Position numbers and translations under genes: made by a program
In this document: positions 50,601 to 63,079 of the stretch, one piece after another
How the letters are laid out: each line of letters starts with the position of its first letter
Position numbering within the stretch: the stretch's first letter is position 1
Notes under the pieces: generated by a model
Told to the model about the DNA's origin: nothing
What the model saw: the letters and a program-made list of their open reading frames with translations, nothing else
Database searches by the model: none
NCBI RefSeq assembly: GCF_020745735.1
Contig: NC_083408.1
Coordinates: 10,478,484-10,542,483 of the forward strand
DNA length: 64,000 bases
DNA from: Hemiscyllium ocellatum
Taxonomy: Eukaryota
Reading direction: 5' to 3'

Positions 50601-52489
50601 GTATACCCAGCTGTCCCATAATACAGAAGCGGCCAAAGCAATAGGTACACGAACCTGTACAAATGTGAAACAGTCCTGCAGAATTTGGCAGGAAGTCAGC
50701 CTGGACTTGCAGTGAAGGTATCCTGGCATAGGAGCTGTGTTGAGATACCCAGAGAAAACTGGGGAAGGAAGCTGGATATCTCACTCCACTGCTGTTATCC
50801 TGACGGACCCCCGGCTGGAATGACGCAGCTGGGATCCGGTCAACCCACGGAAAACCTACAGGCTGCGACCGAGCTAGGTCTTTACACAATGAACAGGACA
50901 GAACGTTGCTGGAAAATCTCACGAAAATGGGACTAGTCCAGTTACAATTGGGAAGAGCCCAATCCAGCGAAAGCATGGCCTCTGGGGATGGGGAGGCTGC
51001 CACAGGTTATATGGACAATCTGGAAAGACAGTGCAGGGAGCTCCAAGCATCTGCATGGGCCCTGTACACCTGCAACACTGAGCAACACACATCAGGCCCT
51101 TGTAAGAGGTGCCAGGAGCAAATACATTCCCTAGGGAACCAGGGCTCCTCCCAGAAAGGGATAATATGTGCCTTTGGCGTTCTACCTCCCCAGGGAGATA
51201 ATGACTGGTCCCACACTGAACATCCACACCCGCCCACAGATGGGTACTCCCACTGCCTTTCTCCCAGCGTTGAACCACAGCCGAACTCAGAGTCCATGAA
51301 CCCTGTGGTTATCCATTGTCAAACAGCTGATGGTGTCACTCCATACCCAATAGCCATTCCAGGCACCCAGCTGGTGGGCATCACCAAAAAAAAGCCCGCC
51401 TCTGGCCCAGAAACATGTTTGAATGAGATTGACTGGCAGTCTGTCATACATAGAGTGGACGCTGTGTAGCAAACCTAAATTCATCGCCATGTGCCTTCGT
51501 CCAGCAGGGCATTCAGCCCTTCTTGAGGGCCAACAGCTAATGAGCGGCATCCATGATGTGATGAAGTCAGCAGTCCTCACTGCTCGACGGCAGGATAAGG
51601 CAGACCCTGCAGAGGCGCAACATAACTGCAGAACAACAACTGGGGGAATGCCCTTCCCCTGCTGCCGTCAGTTTCACCTGGAGACCCTGGGTCCAATTTG
51701 TCTGGGTTTTCAGGGATACAACCTGCATCGCTCTCAGCGATGAAAAACTGGCCCTGACACTTTGTCTTCCATGTTTCAGAAAGTAGGAGGGACGCCTGGG
51801 ATTCGACCCCTCAGACACCACCTGTCATGAGGGTGGGCCCTCTGCAAATTAATCGCTGAATAGGAAATGGACTTAAGGGATTTCCACATTACAGAAGCTC
51901 AGGGATCACAGGCGAATGGTCGGGTTTCCCCGAGAACGGGTGCTAGTTAGTAGGATACCAAGCACAAAGCCTGGACAAGGGACCAGTGTTCAGACAGTGA
52001 TATCCCAGGAAGCCCAAAAGGGAGAATTCCTCGGAAACAAAATTAAAAACGGGCTGAGACCAGGAGTGAAGGCTCCTCCCCCATCTTGTCTCACACACAC
52101 GAGACTCTCGCAATGGACTCATCATTAAACTCACAGGGAATACCTTGTTCAATAACATTAACCATAAACTGATGCCAATCATAATGAATGCATCAGGAAT
52201 ACAGTAACCAGAGTGATGTCCTTCACCTTTATAATGATTATGTTCCCACCTGATCCACAGGATAAGGGGTGAGGGACAGACAAATATGAGGGAAAACCCA
52301 GAACAGCAATTAGCAGATGAAAAAGAGAACTCCTTTGATAGAATTCTCAGGGAATTCTCTTCAGGAGGCAATTCCAGGATTTTGAGCTATCAGGTCTCAT
52401 TCACTTGTATTTATTCTGTTCACTGTCTATGCATTACAATTCTGTACGTATTATTGGAATGTTTTGTGGAAGCAGTTAGGAGAGTCAGA

Positions 52490-52820
52490 GTCGTGCAGTG
52501 TTTAGCACTGTTGACTCACAGAGCCAGAGAGCTGGGTTCGATTCCACCCTCGAGCGACTGTCTGTTGGAGTTTGCACGTCCTCGCCACATCTGCATGTGT
52601 TTCCACCCACAGTCCAAAGCTGCACGTGTTAGACAAATTGGCCATGTTAACTTGCCCATAGTTTCCAGGGACATTCAGGTAAGCTGGAATAGATATGGGA
52701 AATGCAGGGTTTCAGGCATATCATTGTTGGAGGAGGCGAGGCGGGTAGGATCTGATTTTGATTCTCTTCAGAGGGTCATTGTGGACTTGATGGGCCGAAG
52801 GGCTTGTTTCTGATGTGTAG
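52490..52820 (+). mobile_element. HE1-like SINE
   Basis: GCAGTGTTTAGCACTGTTGACTCACAGAGCCAGAGAGCTGGGTTCGATTCC..GTCTGTTGGAGTTTGCACG. Confidence 0.85.
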
Positions 52821-53339
52821 GGATTGTATGATTCATTTCTTTGATATCACGTATGAGCCATATGATGATAGGTTTGACCAATGCACCTAATGGTTTTCGC
52901 TCAGACAGCTGGCTACTCTGACAACAAGCATAACCAGCTTTTAAACATTAAGTTTGCAATTCATTGTATAAGCTTCTTTCCATTTAGCTGGATGGGTTGA
53001 GGGAAATATCACAACCTCCTGGTTAAAATACTGATAGACAGCCAAGGTATATTGGCCAAGTACATCTCCCAAATCACAAAACCCACACAGCAGGGACAGT
53101 ACAAACACAGCGACCAAGTGGTCAGTCATCAGTATACTGTAAAAGGCAACAGTTCTCCAGGACAGACATATCCATAACAACGTCTCCCCCAAACAAAGGA
53201 GGGCCCAGACAGGAAGGTATCGGGACCTGCTGCACAAAGAAACTAACAGAAACAAGTCATCCAACTGATTGGAAATGCTGAAAGCTATTAACCAGTTCTC
53301 CTAATTGGGCAGAACTACAGGACGTTCTGGAAAACCAAC

Positions 53340-53635
53340 CCGAAATGAACAAAAACAGTGTTCACGTGCAGACACCCACTCTCTCAAACACACAAACACA
53401 CTTTCACTCCATCAAACACACTGTCTCTCTCCCTCACTCACACACACGCATTCCTTTCTCTCTCACACACACACTCAGACAGACACATACACAAACACAT
53501 AATCCCTCTCCCACACACGCAGAAACAGAGAGATACACACACATGCACTCTCTGTCTCAAACACACGGACACACACTCGCTCTCTGTCGCTCTCTCTCTC
53601 ATACACAGAGAGATGCACACACACACACAACCACA
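53340..53635. repeat. CA/CT low-complexity tract
   Basis: Mixed (CA)n/(CT)n runs. Confidence 0.9.
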
Positions 53636-54339
53636 ATTACTGTACAAAAGTGGAGGAAGGTTCGATGGAAAGATTACTTCTCCTAGGACTGAACCCTGAT
53701 CTCGCATGATGACTGTTCTAGGGAGACAGACAGCAACTGCAAATGATTGGTAGATCTTCCTGTGCACCACTTCTTGCATCGACAGCGTTGTTCTGTTTGG
53801 GTGCCTCCTTTTCTGAAGCGTCTCCAAGCAGCAAAAGACCATAGATTGACAACAGTTTCCCTCCAATCCATATTTAAGAGACATGATGATGTTATTTTTC
53901 ACCGATTGTTAAAAAGATCTGAATCTTCTAAAATGGAAGTGGCCTCCGTCCCAAATTACGACACCAGCGTGCCTTGCAGACCCTGAGGGAATAATCAGGG
54001 AAGTGCATCTGTACCTTCCAAGATTCTGCATCTTGTACCGCCAGATAGTGAACCCTCACACTTCAGAAAGCACCACTCTATTGTGTTTACCCCCAGCGTC
54101 CCTCAGACAGTACCTCCACAAAACATTCACACCCTCAACACCTCAGAACACAGCCCAGCCCAACCCTCAGACTGCGTTCATCCACAAACCCCTTCAGACT
54201 GTGAGGATCCACATCCACCACAGTCCAAGATTGGAGCCCTGGTCCTCAGAACATTATTGGGTCTTTGGATTAATCGCAGAATTCCTACAGTGAAAAATCA
54301 AGCCATTCATCCCATCAGGTCCTCACCGACCATCTGAAA

Positions 54340-54575
54340 AGCATCACACCTGCATTCACACTAAATATTCTATCCCTGTAATTCTGCATTTCCCATGTAC
54401 ACCCCACCTAACCTGCACATCTTTGGATTGTGGGTAGAAACCGGAGCACCCAGAGGAAACCCACAGATACAGGGAGAATGTGTAAACTCCACACAGGCAG
54501 TCGCCGGGAGCTAGAATCAAAGTTGTGTCCTTGGCCTGTGAGGAAGCAGTGCTAACCACTGAGGCACTGTGCTGA
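54340..54575 (-). mobile_element. HE1-like SINE
   Basis: Reverse strand CTCAGTGGTTAGCACTGCTTCCTCACAG..CTGTGTGGAGTTTACACATTCTCCC. Confidence 0.85.
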
Positions 54576-54579
54576 CCTC

Positions 54580-55640
54580 TCTCCCTGGATGTCATATCAT
54601 CGAACCTTTTACTAAGCAATCTCCCATGTGAAACCTTCTCATCTGTCTTCTGGGTCAACCCGTCAAACACTCTATCAAGTTGGACAAACCATTTCCACAA
54701 AGCCATGCTGACCATGTCTAATCAATTCTTGCTTTTCTAAATGCATATAAATTGTCTCTCTGACTTCCCTCCAACAGCTTACCCACCACTGACCTTAGGC
54801 TCACAACTCCATAGTTCTATGGCTGTTCCTTGAAGCCTTACTTCAATAATGGCACATCATTAATCACGCTCCAGTCTTCAGGCACCTCATCCGTTGCCAC
54901 TGATCGGTTCATCTGACAAGGTAATCTCCATCCTTCTGTAACCTAAGGCTACCCTCCTCAGTATTTATCACCCTCCAATCTTCATCGCATTCAAGAACCC
55001 ACTGATCAACCATCCACCATTCAAATCTAAATCTTTTCTATCAGACACACCAGCAAGAACCCAACAGTAACTTCTGTGAGACAGGAATGGACATAGATTT
55101 ATAATTGGGCCATCACTGTCTGTTTCATGCCACTCCACATTCTGCACCAAATTCCTTGGATTCTTGAGTTTTTATGTTCACTATCAGTTTCTAGTATGGG
55201 CCCTGATAAAAGCCTTACTGACCTCCAAGCAGACGACAGGAAAGCATTGCCCTTATTTACACACCTGGTCACCTCATTAAAAAATGCAATCCCATTGGTC
55301 CAAACTGACCTCCCCTTTACAGAACCATTCTGACTGTGCTTCACGAACTCCAGTCTCTTTAAATGCTGATTAATTCTATCTCCCAAAATTGCTTCCAACC
55401 GACGCCCACCCACAATATTAGCATGACTGGCTTGTAGCTGCCTGGTATATCCCATGCTCCTTCTTGAATAACAGTACCACATGGTCAGTCCGACGACACC
55501 TCTCCTGTGGCCAGAGAGGATTTGAAAATGTTTGCAAGCGTACCTGCTACTTCCTCCATTACCTCATTCGGTAAACTGAGATACATTTCCACCGTCTTTG
55601 GCGATTTATCGGGTTTTATGAAGGCCAGACCACTCAGAAA
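54580..55640 (-). mobile_element. Decayed CR1-type LINE RT fragments
   Basis: GRRLEAILGDRINQHL..SQNGSVKGRSVWTN..FFNEVTR (ORF 55099-55482) and a KAFDKV-like motif near 54640. Confidence 0.8.
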
Positions 55641-56329
55641 CATCTCTCTCTATATATGCAAATTCATTTAATTGTATCACAGAACATCTCCACGATTTCA
55701 TATCAACCCTGCCCCAATGAGCACTGACATAATGCACCCATTCACTATAGCCTCTAGGTCCATGCACAAATTCTCACTGTGTTCCACAACCTACTCTTTC
55801 TCTCATTATCAATTCACCTTTAATGTCACTGTAAAGTACTTTCAGATTTCTATTTCCCCTCTTAGCACTCCTCTCTCCCAGGCAATTAGCCTGCAATGCG
55901 ATTTGGAGGAGTGTGGGATGTCATTCTGAATGTGGATTAACATTGGGAAGCTCAGAAATAAGGAACACATGACTCTGCTGAGTGCGGGGCAATGGGATTC
56001 ATTTGGCATAAGCACACGGAAGCTGAGGAATAAATCTCAGCCTTGCAGCATGAAAATATCCCTTTGAGCTGACAGGTCAGTCACGCGAAACAAAAACTGC
56101 ATCCCTGGGAAAAGAGAGTGAAACTTCTTCAGGTTCAATAACCAAATGAAGGCGGTCTGCTTGAACAAAGTCTCTGGAATCTGGACTTGGGAATCATTGC
56201 TGAGAAGGGTCTGTAGGAAGCAGAGGCTGAAGTGTACTGAACAATTTCAGATATTCCTCTTAGACCACAAAACATAGAAACAGAAATTAGGCCATTCAGC
56301 CCATTTGATAGTATGACACTCACTCAGTA

Positions 56330-59300
56330 CTGAATCTCTTACAATGCAGGTGTCCCTCAGACTGATGCGCTGAGAGTGCAGCGCACCCTCAGTAATGACC
56401 CTCTGACATTGTGGCACTCCATCAGTACTGACCTTCTGACAGTGCAACGCTCCCTCAGTACTGACCTTCTGATAGTGCAGCACTGCCCCCATATTGACCC
56501 TGGCATTGCTGCAATCCCACATTTCTGACCCCCTGACAGCTCAGCACTCCCTCAGTAGTAACCCTCTGTCAGTGCAGCATTCCCACATCACTGATCCACC
56601 AACAGTGCGGCACTCCCGCAGTGCTGACTCTCTGACAGTGCAGCCCTCCCTCAAACTGACCCTCTGACAGTGCAGCACTCCCTCAGAACTGACCCTCTGA
56701 CAGTGCAGTGCTTCCTTCGTCCTGACCCTCTGGCAGTGCATCCCTCCCTCAAACTTACCATCTGACAGTGCAACACTTCCTCTGTCGTGAACCTCTGACA
56801 GTGCGGCACTCCCTCATTCTTGACCCTCTGACAATGCAACACTTCCTCAGTACTGAGACTCAGACAGTGAAGCACTCCCTCCATACTAATCCACTGACAG
56901 TGCTGTAACCCCTCAGTTTTGACACTCTGACAGCGCAGCACTCCCTCAGTCCTGACCATCTGACAGTGCGGTGATCCCTCAGTACAGAACCTCTGACAGT
57001 GCGGTGATCCCTCAATAATGACCCTCCGAAACTGCGGTGATCCTTCAGTACTGTTTCTTTGACAATGCCGCACACCTTCAGAACTGACCCTATGACAGTG
57101 CAGCATACCATCAGTACTAAACATTTGACAGCGTAGCGCTCATCAGTACAGATAGTCTGGCAATGCAGCAGGTCCTCAATACTGACTGAGCAACAATGCA
57201 ACACTTCCTCAGTTCTGACTTTCTGACCGCATGACGATCCCTCAGTACTGACCTTCCGAGAATGAGCATTTCCTCAGTACTGACCCTCTGACATTGCAGC
57301 AGTCCCTCAGTACTGACCCTCTGACAGTGCAGCACTCCCTCAGAACTGACCCTCTGACATTGCAGTGCTTCCTTTGTCCTGACCCTCTGACAGTGCATCC
57401 CTCCGTCAAACTCACTCTCTGACAGTGCGACACTTCCTCTGTCGTGACCCTCTGACAATACAGCACTCCCTCAGTACTGAGACTCAGACAGTGAAGCACT
57501 CCCTCCATACTAATCCACTGACAGTACTGTAACCCCTCAGTTCTGACACTCTGACAGTGCAGCACTCCCTCAGAGCTAACCCTCAGACAGTGCAGCACTC
57601 CCTCAGTACTGACCATCTGACAGTGTGGTGATCAATCAGTACTGACCCTCCGAAACTGCGGTGATCCTTCAGTACTGCTCCTCTGACAGTGCCGCACACC
57701 CTCAAAACTGACCCTATGACAAGTGCAGCACACCGTCAGGACTAAACCTTTGGCAGCGGAGCGCTCCTCAGTACAGATAGTCTGGCAATGCAACAGGTCC
57801 TCAATACTGACTGAGCAACAATGCAACACTTCCTCAGTACTGACCTTCTGACAGCATGGCGATCCCTCAGTACTGAATCTCTGAGAATGAGCATTTCCTC
57901 AGTACTGACCCTTTACAGTGCAGCAGTCTCTCAGTACTCACCCTCTGGCAGTATAGCACTCCTTCATTACTGACCCTATGAGGGCATGGCAATCCCTCAG
58001 TATTGACCCTCTGACAGTACATCACTCCCTTAGTACTGACCCTCTGACCGCACGGCAATCCCTCAGTCCTGACCCTCTGACAGTGCAGCACTCCCTCTGT
58101 ACTGACCCTCTGACAGTGCAGCACTCTTTCAGTCCTGACCCTCTGACAGCGCAGCACTCCATCACTCGTGACCCTCTGACCGTGCTGCGCTCCCTCAGTA
58201 CTGACCCTCTGATAGCATGGCCATCCCTCAGTACTGACCCTCTCAGTGCAGCACTCCCTCAGTACTTAACCTTAGATAGTGCAGCGCTCCTCAGTACAGA
58301 TATTCTGGCAATGCAGCAGGCCATCAATACTGAATGATCAAAATTGCGTGATCTCTTAGTACTGACCCTCCGAGAATGTGCATTTCCTCAGTACTGCCCC
58401 TCTGACAGTGCAGCAATCCCTCAGTCCTGACTCTCGGTCAGCATGGCGATACCTTAGTACTGACCATTTGACAATGATTATTTCCTCAGTACTGACCCTC
58501 TGATAGTGCAGCACTCCATCAGTACTGACCCTCTGAGACTGCAGCACTCCCTCCGTCCCAACTCTCTGACAATGCTGCACTCCCTCAGCACTGACTCTCT
58601 GGCAATGCAGCACGCCTTCAGTACTGACTGTCCGACCGTGCGGTGTTCCCTCAGTATTGACCCTCTGACAATGTGAACCTGACTCAGGACTAAACCTTTT
58701 ACAGTGCAGCACTCCCTCCGAACTGACTCTCTGACAGTGCAGCAGTCCCTCAGTACTGACACTCTGACAGTGCAGCACTCCCTCGATCCAGCATTCCTGA
58801 TATTGCGTCACTCACTCAGTACTGACCCTTTGGTAGTGAAGAGCTCTCTCAGTACTGAACCTCTGAGAGTTCAGTGTTCCCTCAGTACTGACCCCTAACA
58901 GCACAGCCCTCCCTCAATAATGATCCTTTGATACGGTATAACTCCCTCAGTACTGATTCTCTGACAGTGCAGGACGCCCTCCATGCTGGCACTGTGGCAG
59001 TGCATCACTCCCTTGGTCCTGCGCTCCTGACAGTGCAGCGATCACTCTGTACTGACCCTCCGACAGTGATGCACCCCCTCAGCAATGATCCTTTCGCACT
59101 GCAGCACTCCCTCAGAAGTGAGCCTCTAACGCCACAGTATTCCCTCAGTACTGACCCTCTGACTCTGCAGCACTCTCTCTATACTTACATTTCTACAGTG
59201 CCGCATTCCCTCAATACTGAAACTCTGACAGTGCAGCGTTCCCTCAGCACTGATCCTTTGACAGTCCAGCAATCCCTCGGAGGTGAGCTTCTGACGTCAC

Positions 59301-59545
59301 AGCATTCCCTCAGAACTGACCCTCTGACTCTGCAGCACACTCTTTGTATTGATGTTTCTACAGTGCAGCGCTCCCTCAGTACTGACCTTCTGATAGTGCA
59401 GCAGTCCCTCAGTACTAACCCTCTGACAATGCAACATTCCCTCAGTACTGACCCTCTGACAGTGCGGCACTCGCTCAGTACTGACTCTCACATAGTGCGG
59501 TACTCCCTCAGTACTGACCCTGTGACAGTGCAGCACTGCCCCCAT
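56330..59545. repeat. Satellite C: 33-bp minisatellite array
   Basis: Consensus CTGACAGTGCAGCACTCCCTCAGTACTGACCCT; the unit length is divisible by 3, which gives the STDPLTVQHSL / EGVLHCQRVST repeat ORFs. Confidence 0.95.
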
Positions 59546-60756
59546 ACCGACCGTGTTGCAGTGTGGAGAAAATATGCAGTAACCCTTACTTGAAAATAAA
59601 TCAAAATGCGTTCAATGCTTCATTCCCTGCTCAGGAATGACCTGTTCGCCTTGGACATTGTATGGCATCGATTTTTATCTGATACTGAGCTCCTTAAGTT
59701 CATTTATGGGATCAGACCACAGACCAAGTGGGTATCACATTTGATGAACTGGGATAAACGTGATCTCACTGAGCTTCTTTAAGATGCTCTCTGTAATTAG
59801 TATATGAGGCAGGAGAATAAATTCAGGCAAGAATGTTACAATTGGGGCTAATGAACGTGGAACTCGAGACAGCCTGGTTTGGGTTGGCGATGTTTACACA
59901 GTGCGCAGTGGATATCTATAAAATTAGTGTACATTTCCATCGCGTTTGTAGATTAATTTAATACATTTTTGTTTGTTTTTATTTTCCCCTGCTCTATGAA
60001 GAATTTTTTTAAAATGCAGCTTGGTAAATAAAGTGAAAGTACAGACCAGTCATGAACTAACTGAATGGAGGGAAAGACTTAAGGAGATGGGTGTCCTTCT
60101 CGATATCCAATGCTGTACTCAATATCTTGTTTTCGATTTACTCCAAACACAGCCCCGAGAAACAATAACATAAATTAGGGAATGACATCACACCAGTAAC
60201 GCAAAGTATTTTTGATCGCTTTAAATATAATGAATAGAATTTCCATTGCTGTTCACCGCTCCTGTAACACTTTAGAACTCTGCAAACAGAATGACTATTA
60301 TTTATCATAATTTGTCCAAAATTTGGGACCTGATGTGGCAGACAGGGTGACCAGCAGCACTTGCACCTAAGAGTTATGAACATGAAAATGAACTCATTAT
60401 ATTCAGATTATTCTTGTCACAAGTATCAATAGATGGTCTTAAGTGAGAGACAAACTCTTAAAGAAAGGTAATTCCGTGGGTTACATGGTGGTATCATCGA
60501 TGATTTTAGTTTTTTGCGCAGGTATCAATTGTTACAAAGCCAGTGTTCTTTAGTAATAATTACATAGGATATGTTACAGGTAATCACAAATGCTTTCACA
60601 AATCAAAATACATCAACAATAATAAGCATTGTTTCAGCAATGGTTGGAGTTGTCATTTTGAAGGTGGTGTCTTCACCCTGTGAAGAAGTAATCTGAAGAT
60701 TGGGTGTTTGTGTCATAAAGGGGCATTGTTCATTGACTTTGATTCTTGTTTCATAG

Positions 60757-61064
60757 AAGATACCGAGTGCCACCCTAACATCGTTAAAATCCTCCCACCG
60801 CCAGTAGAACAAGTCTTACTGGAGGCGACGGTGACGTTAACCTGCGTTGTGTCCAATCTTCCTTCTGGTGTCAACGTGACCTGGAAACAAGAAAAGAAGC
60901 CTCTGAAATCAGAGATCGCTTTTCAGCCTGGACAGAATCCCGACACCGTGATCAGCAAATCCGACATTTCTACTGAAGCCTGGCTGAGTGGCGTTACTTT
61001 TGAATGTGTGGTGTACCATCAGAATCTACCGACTCGCTGAGGGACTCAATCCACAAGGAGAAAG
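60757..61064 (+). pseudogene. IgNAR: IgNAR constant domain C4 exon with a 1-nt deletion near its 3' end
   Basis: Acceptor TTTCATAG|, donor AAAG|GTGAG; [55 protein letters not shown] matches IgNAR C4 as recalled. Exon is 308 nt where a phase 1-1 exon needs 309; ACT CG CTG (expected ACT CCG CTG) creates TGA at 61038-61040. Confidence 0.85.
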
Positions 61065-61519
61065 GTGAGCGTGGAGATGAAAACACAAAGGATCCCATGT
61101 GTAATTTAGATACAGTTACATCAATGGCAGGTTTTGATTGGTAATGAACAAACACCGTTGGGGCCATTAATGATGTATTTGAAGGTAGGATAGCTCAGTA
61201 GCTGATTAAGAAAAAGATGGACCAAAGGATATTGTATTCTGATTAAGTCAGATAAGGTGGGAAGAAGCCTGGGTTGTGATGTCACCGTCAGCAATGACAA
61301 ATGGACAGAATGCCCTTGTTGTGGGCTGGAAACATGGAGGCAACCTTCACATTAAACTTTACATTTTTTTTAATGAACAGAATGTGTACCATTTTGCTCT
61401 TTAGAAAACGGAAGTGAATACATCCCAAATTCAAAATGACGTATTTCGATATTTAGTGAAATTGTGATATTGGTTCAGGATTTTTTGGTTGATTTATATT
61501 TGTCTCAAATATTCTGCAG

Positions 61520-61911
61520 TGATTAATCCGCTGGAGCCATCAGTGTCGGTCCTCCTGCCACCAACAGAAGAAATCTCCGCTCAGAGGTTTCTCTCCCTCA
61601 CTTGTTTAGTGCGAGGTTTCTCCCCCCGAGAGATCTTCGTCAAGTGGACAAACAATGACAAGCCGGTGAATCCTAGTAACTACAAGAACACCGAGGTGAT
61701 GGCGGAGAGTGACAACACCTCCTTCTTTATCTACAGCCTGTTATCCATTACAGCGGAGGAGTGGGCCAGCGGTGCTTCTTACTCTTGTGTGGTGGGACAT
61801 GAAGCGATTCCATTGAAGATCAGCAACAGAACAGTTGATAAATCCAGCGGTAAACCGAGTTTCGTAAACATTTCACTTGCACTGATGGACACTGTTAATT
61901 CATGTCAATAA
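61520..61911 (+). CDS. IgNAR: IgNAR C5 exon plus secretory tailpiece
   Basis: Acceptor TTCTGCAG|; [87 protein letters not shown]; open frame; internal membrane-form donor G|GTAAAC at 61849/61850; tailpiece N-glycosylation site and penultimate Cys. Confidence 0.93.
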
Positions 61912-61953
61912 AAATCTCAAAGTTGCATTTAATAATTCAACAGAAGTAATAAA
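61907..61953 (+). terminator. Secretory-form polyadenylation signals
   Basis: AATAAA at 61907-61912 (overlapping the stop) and 61948-61953, followed by a T-rich tract. Confidence 0.75.
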
Positions 61954-63079
61954 GTTTTTTTTTCCTCCAGTTGTGAGTTAAATACTGAATTAGTTGTTTC
62001 TCACTCTGACTTACACTGCATCTGTGTATTTAAAGTGGATTATTAACAGGTCTAGGCCGAGTGTCTTGTGCAGTTAATGTTCTCTGCTCAGATACACACT
62101 GGGTCAGAGACAGAGTAAAGCTCACTCATTGCAGGATTCTGCCAAGCACCTTATCCATCCTAAATCACTTTGTGAGAAAATCTGACAATGTCCATTTTAT
62201 GTCAAGGGTAGAGCACGAGTTTTGAACTTGATGTTCTTGATTCCTCCGATTGGACATTCTTACAAAATTCTTGTCAGTTTTAAACTGCCACACTGCACCA
62301 ATTGGAAACGTAAATTTAAGACACTTTAAAATTAAATTTGAATGGAACGTACCAATCGTAAAGAGTGCAGAGTAGTTTGAATGTAACCTTTGTTTCTGGG
62401 GAATTTGGCAGGGATCTTGCACCAGTGCATGAGTTGACAGAATGTATTTTCACTTTCACACCAAAAAGAATCGACAGATAAGTTGTCGTGGAGGAGAGGG
62501 GAAGGAACGATAAATGGTCTGTCCTCTTGCTACCTGTGCAGAGTTTTCATGGTAGATGTCCTCTGTAATGTAACCTAGTTACTAACAGCTTCTTGCTTAC
62601 TGTCCAAAGTTTTAACATTTCCATTCAGAATAATACCTTTGAAACATGTTGGACACGCTTGGCTCTGTTAACAAATGATGAACATTGATTACCATAATCC
62701 AAAACTGGTGTTTGCACCGTCCCGGTATGAATTCCATAGTTTTGTCTCAGTTTTCTGGAGCACATGGGATCAATTCTGGTATTCGAATACCTGATGTCAG
62801 TTTGTTTCACATACAGAACATAAGTAGACATTTTCTAATAAAACTATTCAGAAACGTTATCTCTGGGGCAGTGGGGATTTGAACTCAGGCCTTTTCTCTC
62901 AGAGACAGAAATTCTATCACTGCAACAGAAGAGTTGCTCATAAAATGCTTATCTCTCCAATCGATGGGAAATGTTTCCTACAACACCAAGGTCATAACTA
63001 ATTATGGGCAATCCAATAAATTTAGAACAGTAAATTAGAATAATAAAAATTGCAGTCTGGTAGAAGAACAAACGCAGAG

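Noticed and set aside
53438-53986. ORFs next to the CA/CT tract as a transposase or gene fragment
   Set aside because: Partly low-complexity; no motif I could assign with confidence.
55656-55663. Octamer ATGCAAAT as an Ig promoter or enhancer
   Set aside because: Single motif at a LINE edge with no leader exon or V segment nearby.
58928-59593. 221-aa ORF of STDPLTVQHSL repeats
   Set aside because: Product of the 33-bp in-frame satellite; no splice or start context supporting a gene.
61146-61157. GAACAAACACCG, identical to the VNAR framework-1 EQTP codons
   Set aside because: Only 12 nt, inside the C4-C5 intron; flanks do not continue as VNAR.
60757-61911. IgM or IgW identity for the constant exons
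   Set aside because: The [16 protein letters not shown] and [34 protein letters not shown] signatures fit IgNAR C4/C5 as recalled.
62862-62935. tRNA-like sequence on the minus strand
   Set aside because: Has A/B-box-like motifs but no cloverleaf; looks like a decayed SINE head, as do the HE1 heads.
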